Source: Candidatus Bathyarchaeota archaeon (GTDB lineage: Archaea > Thermoproteota > Bathyarchaeia > 40CM-2-53-6). Taken from it: 64,000 nt of DNA. The notes beneath the pieces are model-generated. The model saw only the letters and a program-made list of their open reading frames with translations. It made no database searches and was not told where the DNA came from. A program made the translations under genes and the position numbers. The stretch spans positions 32,001-96,000 of the forward strand of contig CAWHWX010000014.1 in the NCBI GenBank assembly GCA_963833125.1, given 5' to 3'. This document shows, one piece after another, positions 56,137 through 64,000 of the stretch (its first letter is position 1; each line of letters begins with the position of its first letter).

Positions 56137-59100
56137 ATGGCATTAACAGCCGGAACCGTTAGCCCCCAGATATGGGAACTGATCAAACACTTCCTTGACG
56201 AGAAGGGTTTAGTCAGACAGCACGTCGACTCCTACAACGAGTTCATCGAAAGTGGCCTGCAGGCAATAGTCGACGAGACCGGGGAAATACCGATCGAGAT
56301 TGAAGACTACCCGCTCAAAATCAAACTTGGCAAAATTGAAATTGGGACACCTCGAGTAACTGAGGTAGACGGATCAGAACGCCAAATCTTTCCAACAGAG
56401 GCCAGAATTCGAAACCTAACCTACGCGGCCCCACTCCATGTGGAAATGACGCCCATAATCGGTGAGAGAGAGGGACAAACAGAGATCGTTTACATCGGCG
56501 ACTTCCCAGTTATGCTTCGATCCAAGATCTGCCCCTTATCACGCATGACCCCCGAGGAACTAATCAGCATAGGAGAAGATCCGATCGACCCAGGAGGATA
56601 CTTCATCGTAAACGGCGCCGAGCGAGTCGTAGTCGCACTTGAAGACCTCGCCGCCAACAGGATTCTAGTCGATAAGGAACAAACCGGTGTCCACCCAACC
56701 TACAAGGCGAAGATCTTCTCGACAACCGTTGGCTTCAGGGCTCGGACAGAAGTGAGCTTGAAGACTGACGGTGCTTGTTACATCACAATGCCAGGCGTAC
56801 CCTCAGACGTCCCACTTGTTGTCATGATGAAGGCACTGGGGTATGAAGAGGACGCGAAGATCGCTGAAATGATTTCCAGCGACGAGGTACTCCAAAACCA
56901 GCTCGCCAACACATTCGAGAAGTCAGTCGGCGTAGTAACCCAGAGAGACGCATTACTCTACATCGGCAACCGCTTGGCACCGGGTCAAGTTGAAGAGTAC
57001 AGACTAAAGAAGGCCGAGGCATCGGTGGATAGGAACTTTCTACCACACATCGGCCGCAACCCAGAAGAGAGGAAGGAGAAGGCTGCCTGCCTCGCAGAAG
57101 TTGGTTGCCGCGTAATCGAGCTAAAGCTCGGCATGCGTGAACCCGATGACAAGGACCATTACGCTAACAAGAGGTTGAAGCTCGCAGGGTCCCTGTTAGC
57201 TGAGCTCTTTCGAATTTCCTTCCGAAACCTCATTCGTGATCTCAAATACCAGTTAGAGCGAATAACGATCCGCAGACATGCGGAACTCTCAATCAGCAAC
57301 GCAATTCGGCCGGGTATTATTACCGAACGCATTCAGCACGCTATCGCGACAGGCAATTGGGTCCGCGGACGTGTTGGAGTCACTCAACTCCTCGACAGAA
57401 CCAATTACTCATCAACACTAAGCCACCTACGCAGACTTCAATCGCCCCTGAGCAGGAGTCAACCAAACCTCGAAGCCCGTGACCTTCACCCAACTCATTG
57501 GGGAAGGCTATGCCCAAGCGAGACCCCTGAAGGATCGAACTGTGGGTTAGTCAAGAACTTGGCTTTGAGTGCGGTTATCTCCACCGGCGTCGATTCACGA
57601 GAATTCGTTTCTAAGCTTCGACGGATGGGCGTGGTCAGCATTGACGAAGCTGACGGCAAACTGCGAGCAGCTGGAGCGAAGGTCTTCGTTGACGGGTTAA
57701 TTGCAGGTTATGTGCGCGAAGCCGACAAGATGGCGCAGGAACTAATTCGTATGCGGCGGGCTGGCGAGATCAGCTCGGAAGTTAACATCGCATACTCCTC
57801 ACCACTAACTGAAGGCGGAAGATCTGAACTATACGTTAACTGCGACCAAGGCCGCGTACGACGCCCAGCAATAATTATAGAAAACTCGAAACCAAAACTT
57901 ACCCGGGAACACGTTGAAGCTGTTCAACGTGGAGAGATGCGTTGGAGTGATCTAGTCGAACGGGGAGTTGTCGAATACTTGGACGCGGAGGAGGAAGAGA
58001 ACGCCCTGATCGCACCCTCCCCAAGTCGCATCAACGAAAAGACAACCCACGTTGAACTCGCACCATACACGATTCTAGGAATCGCCGCGTCCCTAATCCC
58101 ATACCCAGAACACAACCAATCCCCACGCAACGCCTACGAGTCCGCTATGGCCAAACAAGCGCTCGGTGTCTTCTCCGTCAACTACGCAAACCGCACCGAC
58201 TCACGCACCACATCCTACACTACCCACAGGTGCCTATAGTTCGAACCAAGCCAATGGACATCATAAAATACGATACAAGACCAGCTGGCCAAAACTGCGT
58301 CCTCGCAATCCTCTGCTACCAAGGCTACAACATGGAAGACGCAGTGATACTCAACAAATCATCCGTCGACCGCGGACTCTTCCGATCCACGTTCTACCGA
58401 ATCTACGAAGGCGAATGCAGACAATACCTGGGAGGGCTTCGCGACAAGTTCGAAGTACCTGAGGCAGGAATACGCGGCTACAGAGGAGACCGATACTACA
58501 GACTTCTTGAAGAGGACGGAGTCATCTCCGTCGAGTCAGAAGTCACCGGCAACAGCGTACTGATCGGGCGAACAAGCCCACCGAGATTCCTCGAAGAATA
58601 CCGCGAATTCGAAGTCAAAGGCCCAACTAAACGTGATTCATCAGTAGGAATGCGCCCTTCGGAGGAAGGCATCATAGACGCTGTCTTCCTCAGCGAATCG
58701 ATCGAAGGCAACCGCCTCGTCAAAGTTCGTGTCCGAGACATACGAATACCAGAGCTTGGAGACAAGTTCGCTTCAAGACACGGACAAAAAGGTGTCATCG
58801 GCACACTGATTCCCCAGGAAAACATGCCCTTTACCGAGCAGGGAATCGTCCCCGACGTGATCATCAACCCACACGCAATCCCATCACGCATGACCATCGG
58901 CCAATTCGTTGAAGCAGTCGGAGGTAAGGTGGCGTCTTTACGAGGCGAACCAGTAGACGGAACCGCATTCAGCAACGAAGGGCCGGCAGTATTACGTGAA
59001 CAACTTCTCGACCTTGGTTTCCAGCACAGCGGACGGGAAGTAATGTACAACGGGGTAGACGGAAGAAAACTGGTGGCCGACATTTTCATCGGCGTAGTCT

Positions 59101-59496
59101 ACTACCAGAAACTCCACCACATGGTAGCCGACAAAATGCACGCACGGGCCCGAGGGCAAGTGCAAATGCTAACACGCCAACCAACCGAAGGACGTGCAAG
59201 AGGTGGCGGACTGAGGTTCGGAGAAATGGAACGAGACTGCCTAATCGGTCATGGCGCATCAGCACTTGTTGAGAGATCGGCTCCTCGAAGAGTCGGACAA
59301 GTATACGGTAATGGTCTGCGAAACCTGCGGCCTACTCGCCTACCACGACGTGAAACAGAACAAGTACATCTGCAGAATCGATGGAGACAAAGCCGTAGTC
59401 TCACCAGTCCAACTCTCATACGCATTCAAACTTCTACTACAAGAATTGATGGCGCTGGGAATAGCGCCGCGACTAGAAGTCTCGGAGCGTGCATAA
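56137..59496 (+). CDS. rpoB: RNA polymerase subunit B (Rpo2), unsplit; frameshifts ~58205 and ~59265
   Basis: [56 protein letters not shown]. Confidence 0.97.
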
Positions 59497-59497
59497 A

Positions 59498-62400
59498 ATG
59501 TCAGTAGCAGAAGAAGCGACTAAAGTAATCGGCAGCATACACTTCACCCTCATCTCCCCAAGCGAGATCCGGAAACTCTCAGCAGTAGAAATTCAGACCG
59601 CCGACACCTACGATGAAGACGGAGTCCCCATAGTATCCGGGTTAATGGACGGAAGACTCGGCACCCTAGAGCCACGCCAAAAATGCAAGACCTGCGGCAA
59701 CACCGCCTCCGCATGCCCAGGACACTTTGGCCACATTGAACTCGCAGAACCCGTAGTTCACGTAGCCTTCGCCAAACTGCTTCACAAACTCCTACAGGTC
59801 ACATGCAGAAACTGCGGTCGCGTTCTCCTCTCCGCAGAGAAGATCAAAGCCTACAACGAGCGAATGCAACGGGAGCAGAGGCAACTCAACGAGATCCCTC
59901 ACACCTTCTACGAAGCCGTCATGAAGGATGCGAAGAAGAGTCAGGAATGCCCACACTGCGGCGCTAGACAATACCCAATAGAACACGGAAAACCAACCAC
60001 ATTCCACGAAATGGTGGAGGGCGGTGCCGCAAGGCTCAACCCCAGCCAGATTAGAGAACGACTTGAGCGCATCCCAGACGACGACCTAAGATTACTCGGA
60101 ATGGAACCAACCGCTGCACGCCCCGAATGGATGATACTTCAAGTTCTGCCAGTCCCAGCCGTTACTGTCCGACCCTCAATCACACTCGAATCCGGCATCC
60201 GATCCGAAGACGACCTCACCCACAAACTGGTTGATATCATCAGAATCAACCAAAAGTTGAAGGAAGCCCTAGAGTCGGGTGTCCCAGTCAACATAATTCA
60301 GGAACTTCATGAACTACTGCAATACCACGTGACAACCTACTTCGATAATGAAGTTTCAGGCCTACCCCCAGCCCGCCACAGATCCGGCCGAGCTCTGAAA
60401 ACACTCAGCCAGCGGCTTAAGGGCAAGGAAGGGCGGTTCAGAGGAAACCTTTCTGGAAAACGCGTCGATTTCTCGGCGAGAACCGTCATCTCACCCGACC
60501 CCAACATCGACATTAACGAAGTTGGCGTTCCACTCGACGTAGCCCAACGCCTCACGATACCCGAACGAGTAACCCCCTGGAACATCGACGAGCTTAAGCA
60601 GCTCATCAGAAACGGGCCTGACCAATACCCAGGCGCCCTCTACCTCGTTAGACCCGACGGGAGAAGAGTGCGACTCGAATTCGTAACCGAACGAGACGGC
60701 TTGGCGGACGCGATCCAGGCAGGTTTCATCGTTGAACGACACATTAGGGATGGGGATATTGTCCTCTTCAACCGGCAACCATCACTTCACCGAATGTCCA
60801 TAATGGCCCACACCGTCAAAGTCCTTCCATACAAGACCTTCAGACTCAACCCATGCGTCTGCCCACCCTACAACGCAGACTTCGACGGAGACGAAATGAA
60901 CCTCCACGTTCCACAAGGCGAGGAAGCTAGAACTGAAGCAAAACTGCTGATGCAGGTTCAAGACCAAATACTATCACCACGATACGGCGGACCAATCATC
61001 GGCGCGAAAACCGACCTTCTCACCGCTGCCTACTTACTGACCAGGAAGTCAACGTTCCTCACTAAGGACGAGGTCGGGAAACTCTTGACCGCTGCAGGAT
61101 TCCGCGGCGAGTTACCAGCTCCAGAAATCAAGCGCCCCGCTGAGATGTGGACTGGAAAGCAGATCTTCAGCCTCTTCCTTCCGCACGGTTTCAGCTTCGT
61201 AGCCAAGTCAAGCATGGTCACTCCGGAAGACGGCAGTTCAGTGGTCGTAAGAGAAGGTGAACTAGTTGAAGGAGTCATCGACAAGAATACGATAGGCGCA
61301 GAACGCTCCGAAACGCTCTTTCATCGCATCGTAAAAGACAACGGCTCAGAGCCGGGTCGAATCTTCCTGAACGGGCTCATCAAGCTTCTCGACCGCTTCA
61401 TAACCCTACGAGGATTCACTTACGGAATCGACGAGCTTGACCTCTCAGACGCAACACACGACAAGATTTCCAAGTCCATTAAGAGGGCCGAAGAACACGT
61501 TCAGGAACTCATAACGCAATACAAGAAGAAAACACTTGAACGGCTACCAGGACGGTCAATGGAAGAGTCACTAGAACTGCGCATCATGGACGAACTCTCC
61601 AAAGCCCGCGACCAAGCTGGAGAACTGGCAGAGCAATATCTCAAAACAGAAACCGATAACTCGGGAGTCATTATGACGAAGACCGGTGCCCGTGGGTCAA
61701 TGCTGAACATCGCTCAGATGGTAGCATCGGTTGGACAACAATCCATCCGCGGCCAACGGATAAGACGAGGGTACAGGGATCGCGCTCTATCTTTCTTCGA
61801 AAGAGGAGATGTAGGCGCGGAAGCGCGCGGCTTCGTTTACGCCTCATACCAAGACGGGCTAACCCCAGTCGAATTCTTCTTCCACTCCATGGGAGGACGG
61901 GAAGGCCTCGTAGACACAGCCGTCCGAACACAACAGAGCGGCTACATGCAAAGACGCCTAATCAACGCCCTTGAGCACATACGCGTCGAATACGACGGCA
62001 CCGTACGCGACTCGCGCGGTGACATCATACAATTCCGTTACGGCGAAGACGGAGTAGACACCGCCAAGAGCGACCACGGAAAGGCAGTGAACACGGAACG
62101 CCTAGTCGAACGAGTTGAACTCACTATCGAGAAAGGCGCTAAGGCTAGCAAACCCTACATCGAGAAGAAAGTCTCCGACGTAAGAAAAGACCTGACCCCA
62201 AGCCTCACCGGGCAACTCAAATCAAGTTTGCTGGATAGAAAGCTAACCAAGAAGGGAGTGGATGAGGCGGTAAAGGAAGCCGTCAAGAACTACCGCAAAT
62301 CCATGATTGAACCAGGCGAAGCCGCAGGCATAGTCTCAGCCCAATCCATTGGCGAACCAGGCACCCAGATGACCCTACGAACATTCCACTTCGCAGGAGT

Positions 62401-63311
62401 CAGAGAGCAAAACGTCACCCTCGGCCTCCCACGCCTAATCGAAATCGTAGACGCAAGAAAGATCCCCTCAACCCCCATGATGGTCGTCTTCTTAGACAAG
62501 AAACGCAGAGGTAGCCGCGAGAAAGCACAGGAAGTCGCGACAAACATCACCCACACTACATTGGGCGATATTGCCACAAGCCTCGAATCCGACATCACCA
62601 AAATGCGAATAGTAGTAACCCTAAACAATGAAGCGATGAGGGAAAGAGAGGTAACCCTCAAGGACATCAAAGCAGCCGTAACTCCGGGTGGTTGCAAGGT
62701 TGAAGTCGAAAGGAACACGGTACACATAACACCGCAAGAAATGGAGATCGCACAATTCAATCGCCTAGTCCTTCGCCTCCCACTCATGCACGTGAAAGGC
62801 ATACCGCAAGTGAAGCGAGCACTCGTCATGGAAGAGAAGACCGGGGAGAAGAGTGAATGGGTTATCAGAACCGAAGGCTCCAACCTAGAACTAACGCTTG
62901 AGACTGAAGGCGTAGACCCCGCTCAGAACCACAACGAACAACATGCATGAAGTAGCAGAAGTACTCGGAATCGAAGCGGCAAGAAACGTGATCATAAAAG
63001 AAGCGACAGCAGTGCTCGAGGAACAGGGGTTGGATGTGGACGTACGCCACGTCATGCTCGTAGCCGACGCCATGACGGCTTCAGGTGAAGTATTGCAAGT
63101 AGGAAGACACGGAGTGAGCGGCGAGAAAGCAAGCACCCTAGCCAAAGCAGCATTCGAAATCACTATCCCAACAATAGTAGACGCAGCGATCAAAGGAACA
63201 CGCGACACCCTTCGAGGAGTCGCTGAGAACGTTATAGTGGGACAACAAGTGCCGATGGGAACAGGCCTCATCGAAGTCTACATGTCAATGCCAGAGAAGA
63301 GCAAGAAGTAA
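59498..63311 (+). CDS. rpoA: RNA polymerase largest subunit, fused A'/A'' (Rpo1); frameshift ~62920
   Basis: [17 protein letters not shown], then in frame [17 protein letters not shown]; AAFE and [10 protein letters not shown] in the last fragment. Confidence 0.97.
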
Positions 63312-63312
63312 G

Positions 63313-63627
63313 ATGCAATCCTCAAAGATAGACGTGAACAAGCAGCTGCAAATCGTCGTAAGATCAGGCAAGGTCGCGTTAGGCGTCAAGGAAGCCTTGG
63401 ACGCAGCTAGATTCGCGAAAGGCAAACTCCTCATCCTGGCCTCCAACTGCCCCGCCCGAGATAGGTTAAGCATAGCTAGCTACGCGAAACAATCCGGTGT
63501 CCCAATATTCGACTACCCCGGAACAAGCGTAGACCTAGGTTCCGCATGCCTGAAACATTTCGTTGTGGCAGCATTAACGATAAAAGAACCTGGAGACTCC
63601 GAGATACTCAAATTAGCTGAGCGCTAA
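63313..63627 (+). CDS. rpl30e: 50S ribosomal protein L30e
   Basis: SGKVALG, ILASNCP, LGSAC.K.F, PGDSEI; conserved operon position. Confidence 0.95.
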   Translation: MQSSKIDVNKQLQIVVRSGKVALGVKEALDAARFAKGKLLILASNCPARDRLSIASYAKQSGVPIFDYPGTSVDLGSACLKHFVVAALTIKEPGDSEILKLAER

Positions 63628-63630
63628 CAC

Positions 63631-64000
63631 ATGGCCACTTCAGGAATAAAACTCACCGGCGAAACAATGCGACTGATCGCCCTCTTCGAAAACATCACCG
63701 GCGCAACAGCCAACGACTGCATAGTGGACACTGAAGGGGATAGGATAATTTTCATGGCAAAACAAGGCGAGATGGGCCTAGCGATTGGGAAAGGCGGAAA
63801 GAACATCAACATGCTCCGCAAAATGACCGGAAAACCAATCGAAGTCGTCGAATTCTCGGACAACGTCGAAGGCCTCATCCGAAACTGCTTATCCCCAGCC
63901 AAAGTGAAAGAGGTCCGAATAACCGAAAGACCCGACAAGAAGATCGTAGTCGTTGAAGTGGAACCAAAAGACAAGGCGCTAGCGATAGGTAAGAACGGCC
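63631..64000 (+). CDS. nusA: Archaeal NusA (partial)
   Basis: Manual translation MATSGIKLT...MGLAIGKGGKNI...IEVVEFSD...ALAIGKNG; KH domains. Confidence 0.95.
   Translation, partial: MATSGIKLTGETMRLIALFENITGATANDCIVDTEGDRIIFMAKQGEMGLAIGKGGKNINMLRKMTGKPIEVVEFSDNVEGLIRNCLSPAKVKEVRITERPDKKIVVVEVEPKDKALAIGKNG

Noticed and set aside
56137-63311. Split rpoB/rpoA as real subunit splits, pseudogenes or programmed frameshifts
   Set aside because: These are essential genes. The breaks are single-base shifts away from the canonical B''/B' and A'/A'' boundaries, and about 20 similar indels occur across the window, so sequencing error is the simplest explanation.

Overview
Chromosomal segment of an archaeon. 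Evidence: rpoH-rpoB-rpoA-rpl30e-nusA operon, CDC48, GTP cyclohydrolase III. The A' and A'' parts of the largest RNAP subunit are fused, which suggests a Nitrososphaeria/Bathyarchaeia-like Thermoproteota lineage (inference). Contents in order: sugar/polyol oxidation cluster (1-8.7 kb); ClC channel; 7-gene riboflavin operon; amidohydrolase/phosphoesterase/nucleotidyltransferase/permease/variant carbamoyltransferase/racemase cluster; cdc48 and larA; a disrupted accessory zone (33.5-37.8 kb); coaBC; a thiol/quinone-stress block; the RNAP operon. About 20 single-base frameshifts, some in essential rpoB/rpoA, indicate uncorrected sequencing indels, so most split ORFs are treated as one gene. Most unusual signal: a dispersed family of ~28-bp GTGTGTG..CACACAC sites, several fused to degenerate tRNA 3' halves, at boundaries of accessory genes, plus a ~45-bp direct repeat bracketing the riboflavin operon. 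No integrase, intact tRNA/rRNA gene or CRISPR array was seen. All assignments come from motif reading only; no database searches were run.
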